Virus record (IMG/VR): IMGVR_UViG_3300037308_000174
Coordinates: 1 to 42,316 of that record
Source: a virus
Lineage: Duplodnaviria; Caudoviricetes
DNA length: 42,316 nucleotides
Reading direction: 5' to 3' (one strand)
Below are positions 15,837-26,006 of the stretch, piece after piece (positions within the stretch are counted from its first letter, which is position 1; each line of letters opens with the position of its first letter). The notes under the pieces are model-generated. The model was given only the letters and a program-made list of their open reading frames with translations, was not told the origin of the DNA and made no database searches. Position numbers and translations under genes: made by a program.

Positions 15837-17822
15837 CTACTGTAGCAGTCCGTAAATCTGACCGTCGTCGATCAACTGGTTGACGACCTTCTTCGTAGCT
15901 TCGAGGTCCACGCGCAGGGCGTTCACCTGTGCGATTAGGTCCGCGAAGTTGTTGGCGAGCACGGGCGCCCAGTTGGTCGTCAGATCATCGCGCAGCGCGT
16001 CCGCATCGACCGGCGAGTCGCCGAGCGTCGAGAGCGCCGCGACCGTGGTGTCTGCCGTGCCGCCCGTCGAGTCTGTCAGTGCGGCGCTCGTCAGCGCGGG
16101 GTGCGTGCGACTCGCGGTCGAGTATGTCTGGGTGTAGGCGGCGACGCGAGTCGCGGCGGTGACGCCAAAGAACCCAACCGCGCTGCTCGCGTGCGCGTTG
16201 GCGACGTTGACCGTGGTCGCCTGCTCGGTGCCGCCCGTGTTGGCGTAGCGCAGGTTGATCGTGCTGGCGTTGACCCGAAGCACGCTATTCGGCAGCTCCC
16301 CATACAGGATCGCGCTGTAGGTGACCGGCGCGTTGTAGCCGATGTACATCCGCGAGGCGGTCGTTACGCCATAGCCGGCTCTGTAACCGAGGTTGATTTG
16401 ATAATCCGCAGTGTTCTGGTAGCCCGCCCGGTAACCCACGTGTACGCTGTTGACACCGCCCCCCGCGACCGACTGGTACCCAGCCTGATAACCGACGGCG
16501 GTGACGTTGGCAGCGGTGTTAGCCTGTAGCGCGTAAGCTCCAACGCCAACAACTGATCCGCCGCCGGCACCCGGAGACGACTGTAAACCAGAGCTTTGTC
16601 CAAGTAGAACAGAATTTGCGCCGGTGTAATAATTCCCGGCGTATGGCCCGAATGCGAGCAGGTAGTCTCCCCCTGCACCTGTGCTTACTTGCTTGCCGGC
16701 ATCCTCCCCAAACAGGCACGCATACGATCCAGTGTAGTCCTGCCCCGCTGTGATCCCGAACATGCAATTACGAGACCCGCCGCCGGCCGTGGTCATGTAG
16801 CCAGCTCGATATCCAAGGCCGCTGTTTCGCGTACCTTGATGGCGCATTCCGGCGCCACTCCCAAGCCAGGACGAGTGATCCTGCGCGTAAGCGGTCGCAC
16901 AGTATCCCGCATAATATCCGTGAGCGGTTACGTCCGTGCCAGTATTGTCACGACCAGAGTAATACCCAAGCAGGGATTGATTCGCGCCACCCCCCGCGAC
17001 CGACTGGTACCCAGCCTGATAACCGACGGCGGTGACGTTGGCCGCAGTGTTCCTTGACCCCGCGCTATCGCCCGCGTAGAACGTGTAATTCCCGCTCGGA
17101 GCCGCGCCCGTGTATGCTCCGACTAGCAGCCCGCTTGTCCCATACCGGTCCACCGTCTGGGTCCCATCCACCGAGATGGTGTCGACCACGTCGAGGGCGG
17201 AGGCAGGCGTCGCCGTCCCGATCCCCACACGGTCTGCGTACCCGGAGGCATTGACGACGAGCGTCGTCCCGTCCACCGTCAGGCCGTAGCCGCTGGCGAT
17301 GTCGATCTGCCGCGCACCGAGCGCGCCGGTCAACGGGCCGTTGGTGGCGTCGAGGCGGAGATAGGTCGAGGCGGCGTCCGCCTCGGCCAGGAAGCCCGGA
17401 ATGTCCGCAGTCTCGATGTACGGCACCGCGAGCGCGCGCGTGACGGTGAGCCCTGCGTTCAGCACGACCGTCGTGTCCTCGTCGTCAGTCACGACGGGGA
17501 AGGTCACGAGATCATCGATCCGCAACCCCTCGAGCACCGACACCCCGGAGACCGTGAGCGAGCCACCGATGCTCCCGGCGCCCGTTACCGTAAGCGTATG
17601 GCTCGCCACGTCCCCGTCTGCCACGACGGTCGTCGTGTTGATAGTCGTAGTGTTGACCGAGTTGTTGACGTAGACGTTGCTGTAGACCGTCACGTCACCG
17701 CGCAGGCCCTCGAGCACGTCCAAGCGCTCGCCGATTCGCGGTAGGTAGAAGTTCAGCTCTCGCTGGAGCGCTGCCGCATCCGGCAGCGTCATGCGGTAGA
17801 GCTCGCGCGAGTAGATGGTCAT
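15837..17822 (-). CDS. Tail fibre with Gly-rich (G..AG) beta-roll repeats
   Basis: YLRLD...PLTG, RVGIGTATPASALDV, repeated N.A.GY.AG units, C-terminal coiled coil. Confidence 0.8.
   Translation of the reverse strand: MTIYSRELYRMTLPDAAALQRELNFYLPRIGERLDVLEGLRGDVTVYSNVYVNNSVNTTTINTTTVVADGDVASHTLTVTGAGSIGGSLTVSGVSVLEGLRIDDLVTFPVVTDDEDTTVVLNAGLTVTRALAVPYIETADIPGFLAEADAASTYLRLDATNGPLTGALGARQIDIASGYGLTVDGTTLVVNASGYADRVGIGTATPASALDVVDTISVDGTQTVDRYGTSGLLVGAYTGAAPSGNYTFYAGDSAGSRNTAANVTAVGYQAGYQSVAGGGANQSLLGYYSGRDNTGTDVTAHGYYAGYCATAYAQDHSSWLGSGAGMRHQGTRNSGLGYRAGYMTTAGGGSRNCMFGITAGQDYTGSYACLFGEDAGKQVSTGAGGDYLLAFGPYAGNYYTGANSVLLGQSSGLQSSPGAGGGSVVGVGAYALQANTAANVTAVGYQAGYQSVAGGGVNSVHVGYRAGYQNTADYQINLGYRAGYGVTTASRMYIGYNAPVTYSAILYGELPNSVLRVNASTINLRYANTGGTEQATTVNVANAHASSAVGFFGVTAATRVAAYTQTYSTASRTHPALTSAALTDSTGGTADTTVAALSTLGDSPVDADALRDDLTTNWAPVLANNFADLIAQVNALRVDLEATKKVVNQLIDDGQIYGLLQ
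16459..17042. repeat. Exact 53-bp direct repeats within the tail fibre (16459-16511 and 16990-17042)
   Basis: Identical DNA encoding ANVTAVGYQAGYQSVAGG, 531 nt apart and in frame. Confidence 0.9.
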
Positions 17823-20071
17823 TGCTCAGGTCCGAGCCGTGGGGGCGTGGGGCCGAGCAGGGCGGAGCCAGCGGCGCCGCCGAGTCCGCGAGCCGTCGCC
17901 TGCTTGCCGGCGGTGAGCGGAAGCCCGGAGAACAGCCGAAACAGGGTGCCGGTCGGAGAGGTAAGAGAGCGCACCAGGGCGAAGGCTCCGGTCCCTGACG
18001 CGGCGAGCCCTAGCAAGGCCGTCTCTAGACCGCCTCCGCCAAATCCGGTGCCAGCGATACCCACACCACCAATAAGCCGTCCGGCAAATTCGCCTTTCTC
18101 CGGAGAGACGTATCGGTACGTCGCGGGATATACGCTTTCAGCCCACCCGGCAAAGCTCTTAATAGCGGCTAGCTTCTCCGGTGGTAAGATTCGTTGCAAC
18201 ATATCCCCGTTGTCCCGCACCCACCGGGAGAACGCCACGCCGTTCAGCATCTCTCCGCCAGTTTTTGCTACAGGAACGCTCGCTGATTGCAAGGCTACCG
18301 CCAGAACTCCTTCCGCCGCTTTGTCCCGCATCACAGGATCGGCCTTTCCGATCCAATCCCAGAAAGTCCGCATCTCCTGCGTATCCGCCACCAGGCGAGA
18401 CAGATACCCCTTACCATTACGAGTCACTTCACTCTTGTTCGAAAGACCTGCGGCTTTCAATTCGTCCAGAATCTTCTTGTACTTGGCGTTCGTCGTCGCG
18501 CGAAGCTCGTGCAAGTCTTGACCGAACCGCTGACTGACTTCGGCCATGTCCTTATCAAATGCCTTAAGAAGCGCACGCTTCACGGGCTGCACTGCGCTCC
18601 CGGTCAATTTGTTGACGCCTTTGTATACCGTCAGGAATTGATCCCAACCTATCTCCGGTGTTAGTGCTTGCACAGATTCGAGTAGCGCTTTACCCGATTT
18701 ACTTTTCATCAGGGTAGGATTCTGCTGGATCATCGTCGAGATAGCGGGCGCAGCCTGTGCCGCGTTAGCTGACTGGATAACCGTATCCGCGCCTACCGCT
18801 TCCCGTAGCGCATCGTAGCCAGCGTCCATCTCGCTTTCGCCGGCTTTGACGCGCTCAGCGACGAAGCTCGCCACGTCCTCAGCCGTGCCTTGCACGTTGC
18901 GGACACCCGGCGTTATCGCTGCGGTCTCACGCTCAAGCCCCTCAAGCATGGCTCGCGCAGGCTTGCGGGCAGCAAAGGCGCCACCCATCACCCGCTCCGC
19001 GCCAGCCTGCAACGCCTGTCCAGCCGGAGAGACCGGAGGGCTCGGGAGCCCCCGGGCGGCAGCCCACTCGCGCACGCCACGAGCCGCAGCGGGCAGACGG
19101 GAGCCGAGAGCGAGCGCGCCCTTGAGCCCCGCCCCGACCGCGGCCTGTCCGGCGCCGACTCCAAGAGCCTCCTGGCCCGCGGCGAGAGGGTCAGTCGGGT
19201 CCTGCACGAGGCGCGTCAAGCCGGCCGCGCCTGCGCCCGCGAGCGCCGGCAGCGCCACCAAGCCCGGCACGGCGAGAGACGCGAGCCCTCCGGCGATAGC
19301 AGGGGCGTTGCGCTCGAGGAGCTCGGTCACGAGACTCAGAGGGCCGGCCTGGGGCGGGGGCGGGGCGTTGGCCTCTGTCCACTCGTCGATCACCTTGCGA
19401 AGCTCCAGGTATTTCGCGCCGGCAGCCTCGAGCGCCTGCAAACGCGGGCGTAGCTGCTCGTACGACATGCCGACGTACACTCGCAAGTGCTCGGGAACTT
19501 CCGGTGTTTCTGGGGGAAGCTCCTGAGCCTCCGGCGCGAGCCATGCCGGCACGTCGCCGCGGGCGCCTGCGAAGGGGCTTGCCTGGAAGCGCTCCGTGGC
19601 GGTTTGTGCCTGTCCTGGGAGGGTCGGGGGCGTAGGTCCGAAGCCCGGTGCCGGAGGCGCGCCTTGAGCCTTTCCAGCGGCCTGCGCTCCCGGAAGCCAG
19701 GCGTTCAGGATCTTGCTGACGTACTCTTTCGTCTCTTTGTAGGGCGGCACCCGCTTGCCGTATTTCTCGACCGCGCCTTCCCCAGCGTTGTAGCCCGCGA
19801 GCGCGAGGTCAACCCGCCCGTCGAAGCGCTTGAGCAAATCGCTCATGTACCGGCCCCAGCCGTCGATGGACGACAACGGGTCGGCGATGTTGACCCCGTA
19901 GCGCTTGGCTGTCTCTGGCATGAACTGTGCAAGGCCCCGGGCCCCGACGGGCGACACGGCGTCAGGGCGTAGCCCCGACTCGGCTTTGAGCTGCACCCGC
20001 CCGAGCCCCGGGGGCAAGTTGTAGCGCCGCTCGGTCTCGGCGATGTAGGCGTCAAGGTCGACGGTGGCCAT
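17819..20071 (-). CDS. Internal virion/ejection protein with N-terminal lytic transglycosylase (SLT) domain
   Basis: AESG, AVSPVGARGLAQFMPETA, ALAGYNAGEGAV, ETKEYV motifs. Confidence 0.88.
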   Translation of the reverse strand: MATVDLDAYIAETERRYNLPPGLGRVQLKAESGLRPDAVSPVGARGLAQFMPETAKRYGVNIADPLSSIDGWGRYMSDLLKRFDGRVDLALAGYNAGEGAVEKYGKRVPPYKETKEYVSKILNAWLPGAQAAGKAQGAPPAPGFGPTPPTLPGQAQTATERFQASPFAGARGDVPAWLAPEAQELPPETPEVPEHLRVYVGMSYEQLRPRLQALEAAGAKYLELRKVIDEWTEANAPPPPQAGPLSLVTELLERNAPAIAGGLASLAVPGLVALPALAGAGAAGLTRLVQDPTDPLAAGQEALGVGAGQAAVGAGLKGALALGSRLPAAARGVREWAAARGLPSPPVSPAGQALQAGAERVMGGAFAARKPARAMLEGLERETAAITPGVRNVQGTAEDVASFVAERVKAGESEMDAGYDALREAVGADTVIQSANAAQAAPAISTMIQQNPTLMKSKSGKALLESVQALTPEIGWDQFLTVYKGVNKLTGSAVQPVKRALLKAFDKDMAEVSQRFGQDLHELRATTNAKYKKILDELKAAGLSNKSEVTRNGKGYLSRLVADTQEMRTFWDWIGKADPVMRDKAAEGVLAVALQSASVPVAKTGGEMLNGVAFSRWVRDNGDMLQRILPPEKLAAIKSFAGWAESVYPATYRYVSPEKGEFAGRLIGGVGIAGTGFGGGGLETALLGLAASGTGAFALVRSLTSPTGTLFRLFSGLPLTAGKQATARGLGGAAGSALLGPTPPRLGPEQ

Positions 20072-21513
20072 CAGCGCAAGCCTCGCTCACGCTCGAGCCG
20101 TTCGAGTGCGCTCTCCCCCTCGCCCTCGCCGGCCGGGGCCGTGAGGTCGACTCCGTAGCGCTCGGCATTGGCCTGGGTGCGCTTGATGGCAGTCTCGACC
20201 AGCCGGCGGAACTCCTTGGCCGCTTTCTGAAAGTCCTCGGGGTTCTGTGCCGTGACCATCGCAGACCGCGAGGCGACAAGGCGCTCACCCTCTTGATTAC
20301 TGAGGGGGCCGAGCCCTGTGCTGGCCCCCGACCCGCGGATAGCCTCGACGGCGTCGAGGAACTGCTGCCCGCGGACCTTGTCGAGCCGAGCCTGGAAGCT
20401 GCTCACGTCGCCCCACTCTCCCGGCCCGACCAGGGTCAGGGGCTCGCGCATGGCCGGCGGCAGTCGGCCGACAACGGGCCCGGTCGCAGCCCAGAGTCCA
20501 GGGTGCTCCTCGAGCCCCTGCACGTCCGTCAACAGGGCCTCGGCGGCCGCGATGACCGCCGGGGCCTCGGCCTGCAAGGCCGTGCGCTTCTCGGCCTCGC
20601 TCTTGGCCTGAGCTTCTTGAGCCGGCGACAACCGCCGGCCTCCGGCCCGCTCGGCCTCGCCGACCGACATGCTGAGCGGCGCCCGCTCTCCGCTAGGCAT
20701 CGTGATGTCGGCGGCCCCGGGGACCTCGGCCACCGGGCGCTGGGACACCGGCAACTTACTGTACGCCCCCGGCACGGGGCCAAGCGCCGGCGCCGGAGGC
20801 GCGGACATAGGGGGCAGGGTCGTCGGCCAAGCCATGCCCCCGAGCTGCCCCGGTGGCGCTGCCGGCAGGGGTTGAGCCTCGGCTGCGGCAGGGGGGGCCG
20901 CCGGATAAGCCACAGCTGCCCCGGGGTTGGCGGGCGGGTATTCCCAGCTGGGCACGGTGCCGCCCCCTGGGGTCGGTCGCTCGACCCGTTCGGGCTTGAG
21001 CGGGTTCATGGTCACGTCAATCCGGCCGTCGCCGCGATAGGTGACCGCGGGCAGTCCGTAGCCGCCGCCACCCTGCGGCCCGGTCATCTCCCGCACGGTC
21101 TGCAAGCCCTCGCGCCGGCGCCGGTCCTCGATCCCCATCCGGGCGGCTGCTTGGGGGTCAGCTTGCAGCAGGTAGAGATAGGCCGGATCCTGCATCAGAG
21201 CTCCGGTCGCGAGCGCATCCGAGACCCCGCCGCCCGTAGCCGGGCCTGGGGCCGCAACAGCTGGTGGCTCCGCACCCTCGGGACCCGCCATTGCCGGCTC
21301 CGACGGGGCGATCCCCTGAGAGCGCAGGAACGCGTCGGTCGCGCCCTGCTTACGTTGCAGATCCGCCATCTGCATTTTATAGAGGTTGGCCTGGGCGTCG
21401 ATCAGCTTGTCCTGCGCCTTGCGGTACTCGTCTTGCCGCTTGCGCTCTTGCATGACGAGCATGGTCTGGCCGAAGCCCTGGGCGAACCCGCCGCCGAACT
21501 GTGCGTTGCCCAT
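20071..21513 (-). CDS. Putative internal virion (ejection) protein
   Basis: Ala/Gly/Pro-rich helical protein with GLGPLSNQEG motif; position in podovirus ejection module. Confidence 0.7.
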   Translation of the reverse strand: MGNAQFGGGFAQGFGQTMLVMQERKRQDEYRKAQDKLIDAQANLYKMQMADLQRKQGATDAFLRSQGIAPSEPAMAGPEGAEPPAVAAPGPATGGGVSDALATGALMQDPAYLYLLQADPQAAARMGIEDRRRREGLQTVREMTGPQGGGGYGLPAVTYRGDGRIDVTMNPLKPERVERPTPGGGTVPSWEYPPANPGAAVAYPAAPPAAAEAQPLPAAPPGQLGGMAWPTTLPPMSAPPAPALGPVPGAYSKLPVSQRPVAEVPGAADITMPSGERAPLSMSVGEAERAGGRRLSPAQEAQAKSEAEKRTALQAEAPAVIAAAEALLTDVQGLEEHPGLWAATGPVVGRLPPAMREPLTLVGPGEWGDVSSFQARLDKVRGQQFLDAVEAIRGSGASTGLGPLSNQEGERLVASRSAMVTAQNPEDFQKAAKEFRRLVETAIKRTQANAERYGVDLTAPAGEGEGESALERLERERGLR

Positions 21514-21522
21514 CGTGGCCTC

Positions 21523-22026
21523 CTACTTCAGGATCGCCGCGGCTGCTAGCGTGCCAAGCCCCTGCCCCTTGCCAGTCGCCGCCGCGCCTTCCTGCGTCAT
21601 CGCCTGGTTGATTCCCTGCTGCTGCAAAGACGCCGCATTCGACAACCCACCAAGCTCCTGCCCGAGCCCAACAGACGCTAGCTGCATCGAGCGGTTAATC
21701 TCATCCTGGGCGATAGCCCCGCGACCCGCCGTCAGCGTTCGCGCTCGATCCCGCTCAAGATTGCCGAGCGCGCTGGTGAGCGCACCACCCGCAGGTGTGC
21801 TCGACAAAAGGTTTTTTCTAGCGTTCTCGTAATTCTGCTCGGTGCTCACCTTGAGCGGCGCGTACAGCGCCGACTGACTCGGGTCGAGATTGCCCCCGAG
21901 AAAGTTTTGACTCCTGTAGTTAAGCCAATGTAGCGTGGGATCCGTCAAGTTGTATGCGCGTCCGGCAATGCGCGAAAGCTCCTCCGCTTGCGGATTGTCC
22001 GGTGCATCAACGCTTTTACCGCCCAT
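21523..22026 (-). CDS. Putative small ejection/pilot protein
   Basis: MGGKS start; Gln/Gly/Ala-rich; hydrophobic C-terminus; synteny. Confidence 0.65.
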   Translation of the reverse strand: MGGKSVDAPDNPQAEELSRIAGRAYNLTDPTLHWLNYRSQNFLGGNLDPSQSALYAPLKVSTEQNYENARKNLLSSTPAGGALTSALGNLERDRARTLTAGRGAIAQDEINRSMQLASVGLGQELGGLSNAASLQQQGINQAMTQEGAAATGKGQGLGTLAAAAILK

Positions 22027-22609
22027 CTTTCGATACCTCCGGGTGAACGCGATAGCTCACCACGATTGCGTCCTCGTCGTGCATCCACGGGATCGCGCCG
22101 AGCACGGTAAAGCCCATGCGCCGCGCGAACGCCACCGCGAGCCTATTCTCGGAAGGGGTGCCGCCGACCAGGCACTTCAGCAACGGCGTGCCGTCGTCCC
22201 GCCGCAGACCGTCCCAATACTCGAGCACCGCGCGCGCCAACTGCTCTGTGCGACCCCAGAAGCGCTTAAGAAAAGTGAAGTGCGCGAAAGCGTTGTGCTT
22301 GCCGAGATGCGAGAGCCAGCAAGCCCCGGCGGCGTACACCCCTTCATTCAGCACCACATAGACGATCACCGGAAATATCTGCTGCGACTGAAGAAACGTG
22401 ACCCAGGCATCCTCATCAGGGATTGCCTCGCCGCGGATGCTCGCAATCGTATGCTCGCGCTCCATGTCCTGCCAGATATAGCGCAGCACGTTCTCTGGCA
22501 CGGTCCACTCTTCGCCCGCGCGAACGTAAGGGGCGACGTGGATCCGCCCTATTCCATCTCGACGGCGTAGATCGTCACCGGCCCGCTGCCGCTCAGTCGT
22601 ATCGAGCAT
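22016..22609 (-). CDS. GNAT-like acetyltransferase-fold protein (start uncertain)
   Basis: HFTFLKRFWG and N.LAVAFARRMGF motifs; typical position before ejection genes. Confidence 0.6.
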   Translation of the reverse strand: MLDTTERQRAGDDLRRRDGIGRIHVAPYVRAGEEWTVPENVLRYIWQDMEREHTIASIRGEAIPDEDAWVTFLQSQQIFPVIVYVVLNEGVYAAGACWLSHLGKHNAFAHFTFLKRFWGRTEQLARAVLEYWDGLRRDDGTPLLKCLVGGTPSENRLAVAFARRMGFTVLGAIPWMHDEDAIVVSYRVHPEVSKDGR

Positions 22610-24219
22610 CGCTTCCCGTTCCCAGTTTTAACTAGCCTGTGCCGCGTATCTCTCGCTACGGTCAGTGCGTGCTCTTGCTGCACTGCGTCGTCCAGCAACA
22701 GCGCAGCCGTCGCCGCGCCGTCCACGTCATACTTCACCCAGCGAGGGAAGTGCGCACGAGTTTGTAGTGTGAAGTCCTTGCTTTGTGCTTCCCACACAAT
22801 CGCTGCGCCGTCATCGGTGCTTGTTCCGTCGCGCTCTAGCCAGCGCACATAGCCGTCCGCATCGACGCAGAGCAGGCGGTTGTTCGTCTCGTCTCGACAA
22901 GGCGCCGAAAGCCGCTGCCCGTACGCGTAATACGCCGCGCGTCCGGTATCGAGATTGATCGCGAGAAGATTACCGATACACCAGTAATAAAAGACCCAGT
23001 TCTCATGTTGCGTGACCCAATTTTTATCGCAACCGCCTACAGCCGGAATACCGCCAACGCTCTCCCCGCGAAAGATAGGCTCGAACGCGGCTTGCGTCAG
23101 CTTCGTATCCTTGTTCGCGCTGAAAACGTAGATCCCATCATGGTGCGCGTGCAGAATACCGTGCCCCTCGACGCCGATGGCCCCGTAAAAGCTGAGACAG
23201 CCACACGTCGCCTGCAACGCAAGCGGGTTGTAGAGATTCCCGCCGGCGCCCTGGATGTACCAAATCTGCTCGCTTGTAATCACATACACCTGGCCCGTGT
23301 AGTTGATGATCGACAGGATCGGCAACTGCCGAGAGCCGACTTCGATATACTGCGTCGGCGGCCAGTACTCAGGCTGCTTGGATGCGCACCAGTAGAGCCG
23401 ATTAGAAACCGATCCGAACAGCACGCCGTTGTAGACCGGCCCGAAGAGATTCTTGAGTCCGGTCGGCGGGGGGTCGTGATCAATCTCAGCCTCGCTTCCG
23501 AGGGCAGTGTCGGCCTGCACCGAGTCAACGTAGGCCGCGCCCCCGACCGCTAGATCCTGGTCGTAGTAATAGGTCGAGCCACCGGACAGCGTGCGGTAGA
23601 TGCGGATGTGCGTAACTTGCGGGTCGGTTGGCTGCGTCGGGGTCACCCGCAGCCCCTGCCCCGCGAGCGTGACAGCGGTAGCCGCTGGGCTCGGGTTCGA
23701 CTCCGCGACCACCACGCCCGAGACGAGCCGGGCATAGGTGTAGACCGCAGCGTAATCTCCCGAGAGCGAGCCCGTTGTAGCGGCGACAGTCGGGGCGGCG
23801 GTCGGCGCGGCAATGCCCCAGGCGTAAGTCGTGCCATTCTCGAGCCGAACAAGGTCCGAGCCGTTAGCGGCGAACACTTGCTCAGTTTCGTCGTTGAAAG
23901 CGTTGTACTTGACCGCGGTCCAAGGATCGGCGCCGGCTGCTGTGCTAATCTGGGTCTCATCGTAGTAGATGGCGCGCTGACCGAGGGCGTAGCGGTGCCC
24001 GCCCTGCTCGACCAGGCAAGTCACCGGCACGCCGATAGCGCCGTTACCGATCCGACTCGAGCCGAACCGGGTCGACAGCTGACCCCTGCGGTCCGGACGC
24101 AAGTTCTTGCACCGGGCGAGCGCATCGGAGACCGTCGTTCCCTGGCCCGAGACCTCGGGCAAATCCGTAGCGGCGGTCGCCACGTTGAGCGTGCCGTTTG
24201 GCTTCCAGAGGAAGCTCAT
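22549..24219 (-). CDS. Tail tubular/nozzle (stabilisation) protein
   Basis: 556-aa beta-propeller-like sequence (RLYWC....PEYWP); synteny. Confidence 0.7.
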   Translation of the reverse strand: MSFLWKPNGTLNVATAATDLPEVSGQGTTVSDALARCKNLRPDRRGQLSTRFGSSRIGNGAIGVPVTCLVEQGGHRYALGQRAIYYDETQISTAAGADPWTAVKYNAFNDETEQVFAANGSDLVRLENGTTYAWGIAAPTAAPTVAATTGSLSGDYAAVYTYARLVSGVVVAESNPSPAATAVTLAGQGLRVTPTQPTDPQVTHIRIYRTLSGGSTYYYDQDLAVGGAAYVDSVQADTALGSEAEIDHDPPPTGLKNLFGPVYNGVLFGSVSNRLYWCASKQPEYWPPTQYIEVGSRQLPILSIINYTGQVYVITSEQIWYIQGAGGNLYNPLALQATCGCLSFYGAIGVEGHGILHAHHDGIYVFSANKDTKLTQAAFEPIFRGESVGGIPAVGGCDKNWVTQHENWVFYYWCIGNLLAINLDTGRAAYYAYGQRLSAPCRDETNNRLLCVDADGYVRWLERDGTSTDDGAAIVWEAQSKDFTLQTRAHFPRWVKYDVDGAATAALLLDDAVQQEHALTVARDTRHRLVKTGNGKRCSIRLSGSGPVTIYAVEME

Positions 24220-24258
24220 CGGACGGCCATCTTCGTTATGATAGTCATCGTGAAATCG

Positions 24259-24963
24259 CTACCGGTCCCACAGCTTCACTGAGGGCCTATCGAAACTGAT
24301 GAGCCCGTCGGCAGTCCTCACGGCTTTGATGCCTTTTGGCTCTAATACTTCGTTCCAAATGATCTCGACAAGGTCTTCATTGTCCCATCCGCCCGCGCTA
24401 TCAACGATGCTCTTCGGGTCAAACTCGGATGCCAACCGCTTTGCTGATGTCTGAAGATCCGCAAGAACTCCGGGGTGCTTGCGCAAAGCCCGCTCTATCG
24501 CCGTGATCAACTGACTCGCAGGAACCGCATCTTTGTCGGTCGTGATCCAGTGATACGGCCCGTAGTGCGAAACAGCCTCCGGATCGTCGGCAAACAGCAT
24601 ATAGCCGGCCCGGGATTCCGGCTTGTCCGAGCGCGTGAATCGGTGTAACTGGCTCACCTTCGCGCCTTTCGATGTCGTCCCCGCAATAGCCGGCACAAAG
24701 GGTAACGCACCCAACCCCGTCATCGCGTAGTTCCACCAATTGCGCTCTTCTGGCCGCTCGCGGTACATCTGCAAGTCCCCGAGCACGCCGGCAACGTCCG
24801 AGGCGACCGGTACGCCGAGCATCCCGCCTACCTGCAAAGTGTTGAGGTACGGCCGGTCGTATTGGGTCGGTGTCCAGTGCGTCATCTCTGCGGCGAGCTT
24901 GGCGCGGCGCGGGTCTTGCTGCTCCAGCATCCAGCGGTCCAGGGCTTCGTCGAGAGCTCTCAT
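24259..24963 (-). CDS. Hypothetical protein with pre-toxin-like N-terminus and possible ART-like C-terminus
   Basis: VPVASDVAG...GLGALPFVP N-terminal motif; C-terminal LHRFT..MLFADDPEAVSHYG...GIKAV..DGLISFD. Confidence 0.45.
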   Translation of the reverse strand: MRALDEALDRWMLEQQDPRRAKLAAEMTHWTPTQYDRPYLNTLQVGGMLGVPVASDVAGVLGDLQMYRERPEERNWWNYAMTGLGALPFVPAIAGTTSKGAKVSQLHRFTRSDKPESRAGYMLFADDPEAVSHYGPYHWITTDKDAVPASQLITAIERALRKHPGVLADLQTSAKRLASEFDPKSIVDSAGGWDNEDLVEIIWNEVLEPKGIKAVRTADGLISFDRPSVKLWDR

Positions 24964-26006
24964 ATCGGCGGATACTCCGGTGGCAGCCGCGGCCCCCGGC
25001 GCCGAGCCCCTGAAGGCTCAACACCTTTGGTCGCGAGCCGGTAGTCCCGGTCCTCGTGCCGCATCCGGGCATAGCGCTTAAGCGCCTCGAGGCCAAGCTC
25101 GTAGCGCGAGCCCCAGTAGAGAGCCAGACTCTCGATTTGCCCGTCGCCCTGCACTCGATACAGACGCTCAAGCGTCCCGTAGCGGACGTAGCGCAGGGCC
25201 CAGTCCGGCCAGTCGAGAAGGTCGCCAGGAGTAGCGACCTGCCGCGGACGAGCCTCGTAGACCATCAACACGTTGTCGGCTGCGTCCACCACGTCTACCG
25301 CGATCCCTGTCTCGCCATCGGTTGCGCCGGTAGTGCGGAGCGTCGTCACCCCGTACTCGCTCCCGAGCGTGTCGCCCCCGACGTACTGCACCGGGCCCTC
25401 GCCCGAAAGGTAGTTGGCGCCATCGGTGCTCGGGCGCGGGTAGAGATAATAGGCGGGCGAGGTCGCGTCGTCTCTCCACCAGGCCTGGGCGGACCCCTCC
25501 CGGTAAGTGTAGCCCGAGTCCTCGACGCCGAGCCGCCGACGCTCGATGTAGTGGACGGGCTCCTCGTCGTGCCAGATAGCCCGGAGCTCGGTCAGGTCGT
25601 CAGGCCAGGGGTACGGCACTGGGGCGCCCGGGAGCGCGTACCAGGCCTCCCACGGATGGATCACCGCGGCCGTGCCGTACTCGGACTCGGCCGCGTCATA
25701 GCCGACGAGCGCTTGGTCCTCGAACGGGGCGCAGTAGGTCGCGCCCTGCCCGTGGTGGCGGAGCGCCCACCACACCGCGCGGCCCGGAACGGCCCGAAAC
25801 TCCCACTCCCAATCGTGCAGGTAGGAGATCTGCCAGCGAGGCGGAGAGGGCATCACCCGCACGGTGTGGTAGAGCCCGAGCCGGCGCTGTAGGTCGTCCT
25901 GGGTTTCGTTGTAGGCGTCGAGGATTACGTCGCCGCCCCAGATCCGACCATCCGGGTCGCGCAAGTAGCGGCGTAGGATCTTCAGCTCCTCGGCCCAGAT
26001 GGTCAT
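24960..26006 (-). CDS. Head-tail adaptor/tail tubular-like protein
   Basis: N-terminal helices (ILDAYNETQDDL), YLYPRP, C-terminal YVRYGTL; resembles its neighbour. Confidence 0.65.
   Translation of the reverse strand: MTIWAEELKILRRYLRDPDGRIWGGDVILDAYNETQDDLQRRLGLYHTVRVMPSPPRWQISYLHDWEWEFRAVPGRAVWWALRHHGQGATYCAPFEDQALVGYDAAESEYGTAAVIHPWEAWYALPGAPVPYPWPDDLTELRAIWHDEEPVHYIERRRLGVEDSGYTYREGSAQAWWRDDATSPAYYLYPRPSTDGANYLSGEGPVQYVGGDTLGSEYGVTTLRTTGATDGETGIAVDVVDAADNVLMVYEARPRQVATPGDLLDWPDWALRYVRYGTLERLYRVQGDGQIESLALYWGSRYELGLEALKRYARMRHEDRDYRLATKGVEPSGARRRGPRLPPEYPPI

Noticed and set aside
16459-17042. Diversity-generating retroelement TR/VR pair
   Set aside because: Repeats are identical with no adenine-specific mismatches, and there is no reverse transcriptase
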